Shown: positions 40,101 to 52,400 of the stretch, piece after piece
Layout: each line of letters starts with the position of its first letter
How positions within the stretch are numbered: position 1 is the stretch's first letter
Assembly: GCA_963750165.1 (NCBI GenBank)
Contig: CAVVPN010000011.1
Location: 672,001 to 736,000, forward strand
Length of the DNA stretch: 64,000 nucleotides
Direction of reading: 5' to 3'
From: an uncultured Gemmataceae bacterium
GTDB lineage: Bacteria; Planctomycetota; Planctomycetia; Gemmatales; Gemmataceae
The notes under the pieces: model-generated
Database searches by the model: none
What the model saw: the letters and a program-made list of their open reading frames with translations, nothing else
Told to the model about the DNA's origin: nothing
Program-made: the position numbers and the translations under genes

Positions 40101-43100
40101 GACGCTGGTGGTGCCGGCCAGGTCGCTGTAGCGGACCTCGCTGTGCAGCCGGCCGGCGTCGTCGTAGGCCAGGTCGATGCGCATCGGGGTCACGCCGGTG
40201 CCGCCGAGTTGCTCGCTGACCAGGCGGTCGTCGGCGTCGTAGACGGAGGTGGTCACGCCCGCCTGGCTGTCCTCCACCAGGGTGCGGTTGCCGTCGGCGT
40301 CGTAGCTGAACGTCAGCGTCTGGCCGAACGGCTCCTGCACCCCCGTCACCCGGTTGTCGGCGTCGTAGCTCAGGGTGTAGGTGCCGTTGCCGTTGGCGGC
40401 GGTCAGCTGGTTGCCGGCGTCGTCGTAGGTGAAGGTCAGCACCTGGTCCACGGTCGTGCCGTCGGCGGCGATCCAGGTCTGCCCCGTCAGCCGGCCGTCG
40501 GCGTCGTAGCCGGACTGGATCTGGCGGCCGTCGCGGTCGGTGCTACCGGTCATGCGGCCGGCGGCGTCGTAGACGAAGGTCGCCGTGTGGCTGAGCGCGT
40601 CGGTCTGCGCCGTCAGGCGGTTGTCGGCGTCGTAGGCGAAGGCGGTGGTGTTGCCGTCGGCGTCGGTGGTGCTGGTGAGGTTGCCGGCGGCGTCGTAGAG
40701 GTTGGTGGTGACCTGGCTCAGCGCGTCGATGCTTTCGGTGAGGCGGCCGTCGCCGTCGTACAGGTCCTGGGTGAGGTGGCCGTCGGCGTCCTTCGTGCCG
40801 GTGACGTTGCCCGCCGGGTCGAAGTAGTTGTAGCTGGCGTGGCTGTCGGCGTCGATGGACTCGGTCAGGCGGCCGTCCGCGTCGAAGAGACTTTTCGTGA
40901 GGTCGCCGTCGGCGTCCTGCATGCCGGTGACGTTGCCGGCGTAATCGTAGTACGTGTAGCTGTCCTTGTTGAAGGCGTCGATGGTCTCCGTCAGCCGGTT
41001 GTCGGCGTCGAAGAGGCTCTTGGTCAGGTTGCCGTCCGCGTCCTTCACCCCCGTCACGTTGCCGGCCTTGTCGAAGTAGTTGTAGCTGGCGTTGTTGTTG
41101 GCATCGACGGTCTCGGTCAGGCGACCATCCGCGTCGAAGTAGCTCTTGGTGAGGTTGCCGTCCGCGTCCTTGACGCCGGTGACGTTGCCGGCGTAATCGT
41201 AATACGTGTAGCTGGCCTTGTTGTCGGCGTCAACCATCTCCGTGAGGCGGTTGTCCGCATCGAAATAGCTCTTGGTGAGGTTGCCGTCTTCGTCCTCGGT
41301 CCCCGTGACGTTGCCCACCTTGTCGTAGAAGGTGTAGCCGTCGTTGTTGAGCGCATCAACCGTCTCCGTGAGCCGGCCGTCGGCGTCGAAATAGCTCTTG
41401 GTGAGGTGGCCGTCCTCGTCTTTCATCCCCGTCACGTTGCCGGCGAAGTCGTAGTAGCGGTAACTCGTCTTGCTCAGCGGGTCGATGCTTTCGGTGAGGC
41501 GGTTGTCCGCGTCGTACAGGTCCTGGGTGAGGTGGCCGTCGGCGTCCTTTGTGCCGGTGACGTTACCAGCGTGGTCGAAGTAGTTGTAGCTGGCGTTGTT
41601 ATCCCCGTCGATGGACTCGGTGAGGCGGCCGTCCGCGTCGTAGAGCGATTTCGTGAGGTTGCCGTCGGCGTCCTTCACCCCCGTGACGTTGCCGGCGAAG
41701 TCGTAGTAGGTGTAACTCGCCTTGCCGTTGCCGTCGATGCTTTCGGTGAGGCGGTTGTCGGCGTCGAAGAGGCTCTTGGTCAGGTTACCGTCCTCGTCCT
41801 CGGTGCCGGTGACGTTGCCGGCGTGGTCGAAAAAGGTGTAGCTGGGGTTGTTGTTCGCGTCGATGCTTTCGGTGAGGCGGTTGTCGGCGTCGAAGTAGCT
41901 CTTGGTGAGGTTACCGTCCTCGTCCTTCATCCCCGTGACGTTGCCGGCGAAGTCGTAGTAGGTGTAACTCGCCTTGCCGTTGCCGTCGATGTTTTCGGTG
42001 AGGCGGTTATCCGCGTCGAACAGGGACCTGGTGAGGTTGCCGTCCTCGTCCTCGGTGCCGGTGACGTTGCCGGCGTGGTCGAAGAAGGTGTAGCTGGGGT
42101 TGGTGTCGCCGTCGATGCTTTCGGTGAGGCGGCCGTCGGCGTCAAAGAGGCTCTTGGTGAGGTTACCGTCCGCGTCCTCGGTCCCCGTAACGTTGCCGGC
42201 GTGGTCGTAGAAGGTGTAGCTGGACTTGCCGTTGCCGTCGATGGACTGCGTGAGCCGGTTGCCGGCGTCGTAGAGGTTCTGCGTCAGGTTGCCGTCCTCA
42301 TCCTCGGTGCCGGTGACGTTGCCGGCGTGGTCGAAGAAGGTGTAGCTGGGGTTGTTGTTCGCGTCGATGCTTTCGGTCAGGCGGTTGTCGGCGTCAAAGT
42401 AGCTCTTGGTCAGGTTGCCGTCCTCGTCTTTCGTGCCGGTCACGTTGCCGGCGTGGTCGTAGAAGGTGTAGCTGGACTTGCCGTTGCCGTCGATGGATTG
42501 TGTGAGCCGGTTGTCGGCGTCGTAGAGGTTCTGCGTCAGGTTGCCGTCCTCGTCCACCGTCCCCGTGACGTTGCCGGCGTGGTCGTAGTAGGTGTACGCG
42601 GGGTTGTTGTCGCCATCGACGGTCTCGGTGAGGCGGTTATCCGCATCGAACAGGGACTTGGTGAGGTTGCCGTCCTCGTCCTCCATCCCGGTGACGTTGC
42701 CGGCGAAGTCGAAGAACGTGTAGCTGGCGTGGTTGTCGGCGTCGATGCTTTCGGTGAGGCGGCCGTCCGCGTCGAAGAGGCTCTTGGTGAGGTTGCCGTC
42801 CTCGTCCTCCATCCCGGTGACGTTGCCGGCGTGGTCGAAGAAGGTGTAGCTGGGGTTGTTGTCGCCGTCGATACTTTCGGTCAGGCGGTTGTCGGCGTCA
42901 AAGTAGCTCTTGGTGAGGTTACCGTCCTCGTCCTTCATCCCCGTGACGTTGCCGGCGAAGTCGTAGTACGTGTAACTCGCCTTGCCGTTGCCGTCGATGT
43001 TTTCGGTGAGGCGGTTGTCCGCGTCGTACAGATCCTGCGTGAGGTTGCCGTCCTCGTCCTCGGTGCCGGTGACGTTGCCGGCATGGTCGAAGAAGGTGTA

Positions 43101-46100
43101 GCTGGGGTTGTTGTTCGCGTCGATGCTTTCGGTCAGGCGGTTGTCGGCGTCAAAGTAGCTCTTGGTCAGGTTGCCGTCCTCGTCTTTCGTGCCGGTCACG
43201 TTGCCGGCGTGGTCGTAGAAGGTGTAGCTGGACTTGCCGTTGCCGTCGATGGATTGTGTGAGCCGGTTGTCGGCGTCGTAGAGGTTCTGCGTCAGGTTGC
43301 CGTCCTCGTCCACCGTCCCCGTGACGTTGCCGGCGTGGTCGTAGTAGGTGTACGCGGGGTTGTTGTCGCCATCGACGGTCTCGGTGAGGCGGTTATCCGC
43401 ATCGAACAGGGACTTGGTGAGGTTGCCGTCCTCGTCCTCCATCCCGGTGACGTTGCCGGCGAAGTCGAAGAACGTGTAGCTGGCGTGGTTGTCGGCGTCG
43501 ATGCTTTCGGTGAGGCGGCCGTCCGCGTCGAAGAGGCTCTTGGTGAGGTTGCCGTCCTCGTCCTCCATCCCGGTGACGTTGCCGGCGTGGTCGAAGAAGG
43601 TGTAGCTGGGGTTGTTGTCGCCGTCGATACTTTCGGTCAGGCGGTTGTCGGCGTCAAAGTAGCTCTTGGTGAGGTTGCCGTCCTCGTCCTTCATCCCCGT
43701 CACGTTGCCGGCAAAGTCGTAGTACGTGTAGCTCGCCTTGCCGTTGCCATCGACCATCTCGGTCAGGCGGTTGTCGGCGTCGAAGTAGCTCTTGGTGAGG
43801 TTGCCGTCCTCGTCCTCCATCCCGGTGACGTTGCCGGCCAGGTCGAAGAACGTGTAGCTGGGGTTGTTGTCCCCATCAACGGTCTCGCTGACCCGGTTCA
43901 GGGCGTCGAACAGGCTTTTGGTGAGGTGGCCGTCCTCGTCCTTCATCCCCGTGACGTTGCCGTAGGCGTCCCAGAACGTGTAGCTGGCGTTGCCGTCGGC
44001 GTCGATGGTCTCCGTCAGCAGGTCGTCGTGGTTGTACAGGTACTGCGTCAGGTGGCCGTCCTCGTCCTCCGAGCCCGTCAGGTGGCCCGCCTGGTCGTAG
44101 TCGTCCTCGGTCGTGTAGCCGTCGGCGTCCTGCGTGCCCGTCAGGCGGTCGTCGCCGTCGTAGAAGCTCTTGCTGAGGTTGCCGTCCGCGTCCTTCGTGC
44201 CGGTGACGTTGCCGGCGTGGTCGTAGTAGGTGTAGCTGGACTTGCCGTTGCCGTCGATCACCTGCGCGAGCCGGTTGTCCGTGTCGTAGACGTACTGTGT
44301 CAGGTTGCCGTCCTCGTCCTCCGTGCCCGTGACGTTGCCGTCCTTGTCGTAGTAGGTGTAGCTGGGGTTGTTGTCGCCGTCGATGGTCTCGGTCAGCTGG
44401 CCGTCGTGGTCGTACAGGTCCTTGGTGAGGTGGCCGTCCTCGTCCTGCATGCCGCTGAGGCGACCGGCCAGGTCGAAGAAGCTGTAGCTCTGCTTGCCCA
44501 GCGCGTCCACCGACTCGGTGACCCGGCCCTCGGCGTCGAACAGGTCCGCCGTCAGGTTGCCGTCCGGGTCGGACGTGCCCGTCACCTCGCCGGCCGCGTC
44601 GCGGTACTCGGTGGTCGTCGCCGCTAGCGCCGTCCCCGCCGCCTCGGTGGTAGCCGTCAGCAGGCCGCTGTGGTCGTAGGCGTAATCCGTCTCGCGACCC
44701 AGTTCGTCGATGAGGCTCGTCTCGTCCCCGGCGGCGTCGTAGGCCAGCGTCTCGGTCAGCCCGCCCGGCCGCGTCACCGAGGTCTCGCGGCGCATGGCGT
44801 CGAAGGCGTAGGTGGTCGCGTCCCCCAGCGGGTCGGTCACCACCGTGGCGTTGCCGGCCGCGTCGTTGGTGTAGGTCGTCGTCCGGCTCAGGTCGTCGGT
44901 CTCACTGACCAGCTGCCGGGCGCTATTGTAAACGTACTCAGTGGTGTCGCCGTCGGGGTCGATCACCTCGGTCACCAGGCCGCCGGCGTACAGGTAGGTG
45001 GTCACGCCGCTGGTCGGGTCGGTGCTGGTCAGCAGGTCGCCGGTGGTCGGGTCGTAGGTGTTGTAGGTGGTGTCGCCGCGCTGGTCGGTCTGGGCCGTCA
45101 CCAGGTGGAAGGTGCCGTCGTAAGCGAACGTCTCGGTGTTGCCGTCGGCGTCGGTGACCTTCACCAGGTCGCCTTTGCCCGCGCCGTAGGCGTAGGCGTA
45201 GTCGGTGGCGTCGCCCAGCGGGTCCACGGCGCTCGTCACCTGGCCGGCGAAGTCGCGCAGCCACGACCACTCGGCGGCGTCGGGCGTCTCCAGGCCGGTG
45301 ATGCGGCCCTGCGTGTCCAGCGTGTAGGTGACGGCGTCGGCGCGGGCGTCGGTCAGCACGCCCACCACGTCCGCGGTGTTCACGGCCGGGGTGGTGGCCA
45401 GGGCGACGACGTTGGCCGGCGTCAGCGTCTGCTCACCCTCGGAGCCGGGCGTGGTCGCGGCGGCCGTGCCGGTGGTGGCGTCGTAGGCGTAGGTGCCGCT
45501 CAGCGGCCCCAGCGCCTCGGAGGTCAGGCGGCCGTCGGCGTCGTACCCGAACGTGTGGTTACCGCCGGCCGGGTCCTCCAGCAGCGTCAGGTCGCCGCCG
45601 CTGACCGTCGCCGACCACGTGCGGCTGCCGGGGGCCGCGATGGAGCTGAGCTTGTCGGAGCCGTCGTAGCTGAACGTGGCGCTGCTGCCGTCGGGGTCGT
45701 CGATGCCGGTGAGCAGGCCCGCGCCGTCGTACAGGAAGGTCCGCGTCAGGCCGTGCGGGTCGGTGATCGTGTCCAGCAGGCCGGTGCTGTCGAAGGCGTA
45801 CTCCAGCTGGCCCTTGGTCGTGTAGGTGTAGTCGCCGGTGGTGAGATCCTCGGTGAGGGTGCCGAAGTCGTTGGCCGGGTTCTGGAAGGTGCCGTCGCCG
45901 TTGGCGGCGAAGAAGCGGGCGCCGCCCGTGCCGTAGACGTAGAGCACGCCGCCCGTGACCGGCACCAGTTGGTCCAGCCCGGCCAGCGAGAAGCCGGCCC
46001 CGAACGGCGAGTTGTCCAGGGCCACCACCGCGGTGTTCCCGGAGACGGAGAAGTCGTCCACCGTGGAGCCGTAGGTCGCCTGGACCTCGAAGGTCCAGGC

Positions 46101-49100
46101 GTAGTAGCCGGTGGCGCTGACGGCGTAGGGCGCCTGCAGGGCCAGGGCGTAGGCGTCGTCGGCGCCGTGGCCGGTGGTGGCGAACGTGACCCAGCTGCCC
46201 GGCGTGCCGTCCCAGGTCAGCTGGGCCGCGAGGGAGTCGGGCACGCCCAGGGTCGGGTCGGGGGCGAAGTCCGCCTCGACGATCGGCTGCACGTCCACGG
46301 TCGAGCTGTGGTAGACCAGGGCCGGCTCGCCGCCCAGGGTCGGGTCGTCGGGGCTGCGGTCCAGGTCCAGCGGCACGGTCTGCTTGAGGTCACCGGTGGT
46401 GGGGGAGACCTGGGCCAGGCCGAAGGGCACCCACTCGGCCTGCTGCGGGTCGTCGGTGCGGACGGCGGCGGCCAGCGGCTGGACGTGGACCGTGACCGTG
46501 CCTGTGGCCGTGTACGTGCCGTCGCTGACCGTGTAGGTGAAGCTGTCGTCGTAAATCGCCGTCGGCACCGGCACGTAGGTGAACGAGCCGTCGGCGTTCA
46601 GCGTCAGGGTCGCCCCGGATGTCAGCGTGACGGCGACGCCCACGTCCGTGGCGCTGCCGTTCACCTTGGACACCGTGAGCGTGCCGCCCAGGCCGTCGTC
46701 ATTGTCGCCGGCCAGCACGCCGGTCCCCGGCCCCACCGCCAGCGTGGCGTCGCGCGTGATGCCGTAGCTGACGGCGTTGGCCACCGGCTGCGGGTGCTGC
46801 ACCTTCACCACGAAGGCGTCCGAGCCGCCCCCGCCGCTGGTCGTCTGGTACGCCCCCGACGTGACCGGGAAGTCGGTGGACGCCGTGGTGCCGACCACGT
46901 AGGCGTTGTCGGAGCCGTCCACGGCGATGCCCCAGCCGACGTCCTCGCCGCTGCCGCCGAGGTAGCTGGAGTAGCCGATCGTGTCCGTGGCGGCGTTGAC
47001 CCGCGTCACGTAGGCGTCCTCGTAGCCGCCCGGGCTGCCCTGGAAGGCGTAGGCCGTCGGGAAGCCGTATTGATCCGTGTAGCCGGTCACGTAGGCGTTG
47101 CCGTCGCCGTCCAGAGCCACGCCGTAGGCCGTGGTCGAGTAGGCGGTGCCGCCCAGGTAGCTGGAGAACAGCAGGGCGCTACCCGCGGCGTTGAACCGCG
47201 CCACGAAGGCGTTGGGGTTGTACGTGACGGTGCTCTGGAACGGGGACTGGGTGGGGAAGTCGGCGGAGAAGGTCCAGCCGACCACCCACGCCTGCCCGGA
47301 ACTATTCAGCGCGATGGCCGCGCCGAAGTCGTAGTACGAGCCGCCCAGGTAGGTGGAGTAGACCAGGGAGGAGCCGTCGGCGGACAGCTCGGTCACGAAG
47401 GCGTTGCTGTCCCCCGCCAGGCTCGTCTGGTACGCCCCAGAGGTGGTCGGGAAGTCGGTCGATTCCGTCACCCCCGTCACGAAGGCGTGGCCGCTGCCGT
47501 CCACGGCGATGCCGTAACCGACGTCGTAGTAACTGCCGCCCAGGTAGGTGGAGTAGTCGATGGCCGAGCCGGAGGCGCTGACCTTCATTACGAAGGCGTG
47601 GATGCCGCCCACCAGGCTCGTGTGGAACGCCCCGCTGGTGGTCGGGAAGAAGTTGGACGACGTGGAGCCGGTGAGGTAGGCGTTGCCGCTGGCGTCCAGG
47701 GCCAGGCCGCCGCCGGCCCCGACGTCTAGCACGTCGTAGCCGCTGCCCAGGTAAGTCGAGAACGCCAGCGCCGAGCCGCTGGCGTTCAGCTTGGTGAGAA
47801 AGATGTCCGAGCCGCCGACGAATGAGGACTGGAGCGCCCCGGAGGTGATCGGGAAGTCGGTCGAACTGGTCGTGCCCGCCAGGTAGACGTCGCCCGAGCC
47901 ATCGACGGCGAGGGCCGGGCCGATGTCCGCGGAGTCGTAGTTGCTGCCGCCCAGGTAGGTGGCGTACAGCAGGGTGCTGCCGGTGGGGTCGAACTTGGCC
48001 ACGTAGACATCGGTGTCGCCGGCGTTCGTGCTGTACAGGGGATCCTCGGTGGGCAGGTCGGTGGAGTAGGTGGAGCCCGCGACGTAGAGGTCGCCGCCGG
48101 GGCCGACGGCGATGCTGGAGCCGTAGTCGGCGCCGCTGCCGCCGAAGTAGCTGGCGAAGCTCAGGACGGGGTCGATGACCAGGGGCCGGCTGGCGTCGTA
48201 GGCGCCCAGGGCGACCGTCACCGTCCCGTCGGCCGCCAGGCTGTAGTGGGCCGCGACGGTCTGGCGTCCGTCGGGGCCGTCCTGGTAGGCGACCGGGGCG
48301 TGCTGCACGAGGTCGCCGCCGTTGGTGTGGACGACCAGGTCGCCCTGGCCGTCGAGGGCGAGGCCCTGCGCCCCCTGCAGGCCCACGTGGATGGCACCCG
48401 GGTCGGCGCCGGGGGAGACGACGAAGTCGTACTCCAACTGGTCTTGGGCGTTGCCGTAGTACAGCAGGTCGATGCCGGGGTAGACGTCGTCGTACCGCAC
48501 CTGGCCGTAGTTGACGACGTTGGTTTGCCAGCGGTCGGGGTCGTTGCCGAGGAAGTAGTTGGTCCGGGCCTGCAGCTCGTCCAGCCCCTCAGCCTGGGCG
48601 TCGGCGTTGGCGCCCTCCAGTTGCAGCCGCACCTCGGCGGTGTCGCGCGGGGCGGGGGCCGCTGGCCGCACCAGCCCCTGCGGCAACAGCGCGGCCGTGG
48701 GGGACTGCGCGACGGTGGTGGTGGTGAGGTCGGTCGTGGCCGGGCGGCTGAGGGCGATGACGGCCGCGTCCGCTTCGAGGTAGACGCCGGCGTCGGCGCC
48801 GCGGGCGACGAACTGGACCTGGGGGTCGGCCTGCCCCTGGTTGGCCTCGAAGCGCAGCGCCTGCGCGGCCAGGGCGGCGGCGGGCGGGGGCGTGAGGTTG
48901 GCCAGGACCAGGCGCCGCTCCAGTACGTCGAAGGCGGGACGGGTCTGGCGGAACAAGGGGCGGTCGGGGCGGCGCGGGCAGGCGCAGCCAGGCGGTCAGG
49001 CGGTCAGGCGGGCCAGTGCGGCGGCGGCCCGCTCCGACCAGTGGAAGAGCTGGTCGTAGAACCGGGTGCGGCGGAGCCAGACTCGGAGGTTGGTCGAGCG

Positions 49101-49103
49101 CAT
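37162..49103 (-). CDS. Giant RHS/YD-repeat polymorphic toxin: LEPR-XLL-like motif, SBBP propeller, Ig-like, RHS core, Hint domain, papain-like tip (TGA at 48996-48998, frameshift ~37771)
   Basis: VLERRLVLA; YSTYLGGS repeats; YD repeats; QDPLGF..YRYANNDPTNATDPSGL; CFVAGT..TREHPF..VYNLRV..AHN. Confidence 0.92.
40740..44500 (-). repeat. Tandem 126-bp coding repeats with 756-bp higher-order duplication
   Basis: 42-aa unit repeated about 30 times; sequence at 42361 recurs at 43117. Confidence 0.92.
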
Positions 49104-49299
49104 GGCGGTCCTTCACGGGGACGGCGCGGCCGCGTGGGTGGCGCCGGGCACGTACAGCCTGTTCCAGCGGAGCGTTGGCCGGCGTTGGGAAGGGAGGGCG
49201 GGGGCAGGCGCGTCGGAGGGTGCGGGCGCCTGTCCCGACCGGCTTACCGGGCGGCGAACGGTCCTGGTCCGAATTCACCGATTCACCAGACGAGGGGTG

Positions 49300-49329
49300 A
49301 AAGTAACCTGCCGGATTGCAGCTTGTCAA
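49300..49329 (-). promoter_or_regulatory. Putative sigma70 promoter for the RHS gene
   Basis: TTGACA-N18-TACTTT on minus strand in AT-rich divergent intergenic region. Confidence 0.45.
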
Positions 49330-49437
49330 ATGAAAAATCTCCGGAATTTAGAAAAAGGAGAAAATGTGCTCGCCGCCTGAAGTGGCGGGGCGGATAATGC
49401 CGGGGTCGCAAGTCCCGTCCGTGTCGAGAGCTCAAAC

Positions 49438-52400
49438 ATGCCCCGCCACCTGTACGGACCGGTTCGCCGGGCCTTCGCCGACGACCACCTGCGCGCCTTC
49501 CGCGCCCGCGGCGAGTGCCTGGCCTTCGGCCCCGAGCCGGGCCTGGATCTGACCGTGGGGCCGGCCGACTCCTGGGAAGAGATCCGGGCGCGGCTGCCCG
49601 CGGGCTGGGAGCCCGACTTCGTGGCGCTGCGCCCCGACGCCTACCTGCCGGTGCCGGCCGGGCTGTGGCCGGCACCGGTGCCGCTGGTGGCGCTGGCCGG
49701 CGACTGGCACCTGCTCTGGCACGCCCTGCGCCTGCAGCTGCCGCGCTGCGAACTGGTGCTGAGCGACGCCGCCGGGGCCGAGACCCTGGCGCGGCAGGGG
49801 CTGGGCCACGCCCGCCCGGCACTGCTCTACGGCTGCGGCGACTCCTGGGCCGATGCCGCCGCGCCGGACGGGCCGCGCGACCTGGACGTGGTCTTCGTGG
49901 GCAGCTGCCGGTCGGCCACCCAGGGCGGTCGGCTGCCCTGGCTGGCCCGCCTGGCGGCGCTGGCGGGCCGGCGGCGGGTGGTGATCGCCGCCGGCGTCTT
50001 CGGCGCCGACTACCGGGCGCTGCTGGGCCGCGCCAAAATCGTCTTCAACCACGCCGTCCGCGGCGAGTGCAACCAGCGCGTCTGGGAGGCCGTGGCCGCC
50101 GGGGCGCTGCTCTTCCAGGAGGCCGGCAACCGCGAGGTGCCCCGGCTGCTGGCCGACCGCCGCGAGTTCGTTGCCTACGACGACGCCAACCTGGAGGGGC
50201 TGCTCGACCACTACCTCGACCAGGAGGGCGAACGCCGCGCCGTCGCCGCCGCGGCCCGGTCCCGCCTGCCCGAGTTCACCTTCGCGCGCCTCTGGGGGCA
50301 ACAACTCGACCGGATCGACCGTGCCCTGCCCGGCCTGCGGGAGCGCGCCGGCCGGCGCCGGCAGGCCCCGGACGAGCTGCTGGCCCTGCGCCTGGGGCAG
50401 CTGCTGCACTGCCCGGCGGGGTCCGACCCCAACCTGGTGGCCGCGCTGCGCGTTGCCGCGGACGCCCGGCCGTCCGCGGCGGCGCTCAACGCCCTGGCCG
50501 TGGCCCTGGCCCACGGCGCCGGCGGGGCGGGGGCCGTGGGCGAGCCGCTGGGACTGCTGCGCCGCGCCGCGGCGGCCGACCCGGCGCACCCGGTCGTCGG
50601 CCTGAACCTGGCCGAGGCGCTGGCCGCCGCCGGTGACGTCGCCGCGGCGGCCCAACAGGCCCACCGCGTTGTGGGACTCCTGGACGGCCCCGGCGCCGAC
50701 GCGGCGGCCTGGGACGCGCCGCCGTGGCCGGCCGGGTTCGACCACCTGCGTGTCGCCTGGGAGCGGGCCGCCTGGCAGCACGCCGGCGATCCGGCCGCCG
50801 AGGCGCGGGCCAAGGCCGAGTTGGCACGCTGGCGGCTGCGCGCCCTGGTGGCCCGCCACAGCCGCCGGCCGGACGACTTCCGGGCGGCGGTGCGGGAGCG
50901 GCCGGACTTGCCGCCGACGCGGGCCGCCCTGGGGCTGGCCCTGGCCCACGCCGGCCGGCCGGCCGAGGCGTCGGCCGAGCTGCGGCTGGCGCTGGCCGCC
51001 GCCCCCTTCGACCGCCAGACCGCCCGCGCGCTGTACGCGGCGCTGGGGGCGGCCGCCGACTGGCCTGGGCAGCACCGGCTGGCCCACGACCGCCTGCGCC
51101 TGCACCGGGCGGCCCCCGGCCTGGTGCCGGCCGAGCCCTGGTTCCCCGACGGCCCCACGCCCGCCGCGGACGCCGCTACCCTTGCCGAGGGTCCGGTGGG
51201 GGTGGCATGGGAGGGGAACCTGTACGCGCTGTTCTCGATGGCCCTGGTCAACCGCGCCCTGGCCGCCCGCCTGTCGGGACACGGCATCGACCTGACGCTG
51301 TTGCCCACCGACCGGCCCGGCGCCGCGCCCCTGCCGCCGGAGCTGGCCGGGCGGTGCCACGACGCCCCGGCGGAGGGCGTGGAGGTCCACGTGCGGCACG
51401 GCTGGCCGCCGGACTGGTCGCCGCCGCCGTCGGGCCGCTGGGTGGTCTACCAGCATTGGGAGTACGGCAGCCTGCCCCGGGAGTGGCTGCGGCCCCTTGC
51501 CGAGCAGGCCGACGAGGTCTGGGTGATGAGCGCCTACGCCCGCCGCTGCTTCGTGCAGAGCGGCGTGCCCGCCGACCGCGTCTTCGTCGTCCCCGGCGGC
51601 GTGGACATCGCGGCGCTGACCCGGCCGCGGCCGCCCTTCCCGCTCCGAACTCAGAAGAGGTTCCGCTTCCTGTTCGTGGGCGGCACGCTGGCCCGCAAGG
51701 GCTTCGACGTGCTGCTGGCGGCCTACGCCCTCGCCTTCCGCCGGGCCGACGACGTTTGCCTGGTGGTCAAGGATCTGGGTGCCGCCTCCTTCTATCAGGG
51801 GCAGACGGCCGGGGAGGCGGTCGCCCGCCTTCAGGCGGACCCGGACGCCCCCGAGGTCGAGTACCTGGACCGCGACCTGGGCGAGGACGAACTGGCCAGC
51901 CTGTACCAGAGCTGCCACTGCCTGGCGTACCCGTACCGGGGCGAGGGGTTCGGGCTGCCGATCGCCGAGGCGATGGCCTGCGGCCTGGCAGTTATCGTCA
52001 CCGGCCACGGCGCCGCCCTCGACTTCTGCGACGAGCAGACCGCCTACCTGGTCCCCGCCCGGGAGCGGCGGTTCGCCCACAAGCGCGTGGGCGACCTGGA
52101 GACGGTGGATCACCCCTGGCTGGCTGAGCCTGACGCGGGCGTGCTGTGCCGCCTGCTCCGCCACGTCGTGGAACACCCCGAGGAGGCGCGGGCCAAGGGC
52201 CGGGCGGCCGCCGCGTACGCCGCCGCGCACCTCACCTGGGAACGGGCCGCCGACCGGGTGCTCGAGCGCCTGCGCCACCTGGGCCATCGGCCGACCCGCC
52301 GGCCGGGCCGGCCGGCGGCGGTCGCGCCCGCCCCCGCCGGACCCCGGCCGCGGGTGTCGCTGACGATGATCGTCAAGAACGAGGAGCAGAACTTGCCGGT

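Noticed and set aside
40740..44500. Regular repeats as a possible CRISPR array
   Set aside because: In-frame coding repeats with no unique spacers and no cas genes.
40143..47729. Very long plus-strand ORFs (1494 and 1019 aa)
   Set aside because: Antisense shadows of the repetitive high-GC RHS gene; Val/Gly-rich with no motifs.
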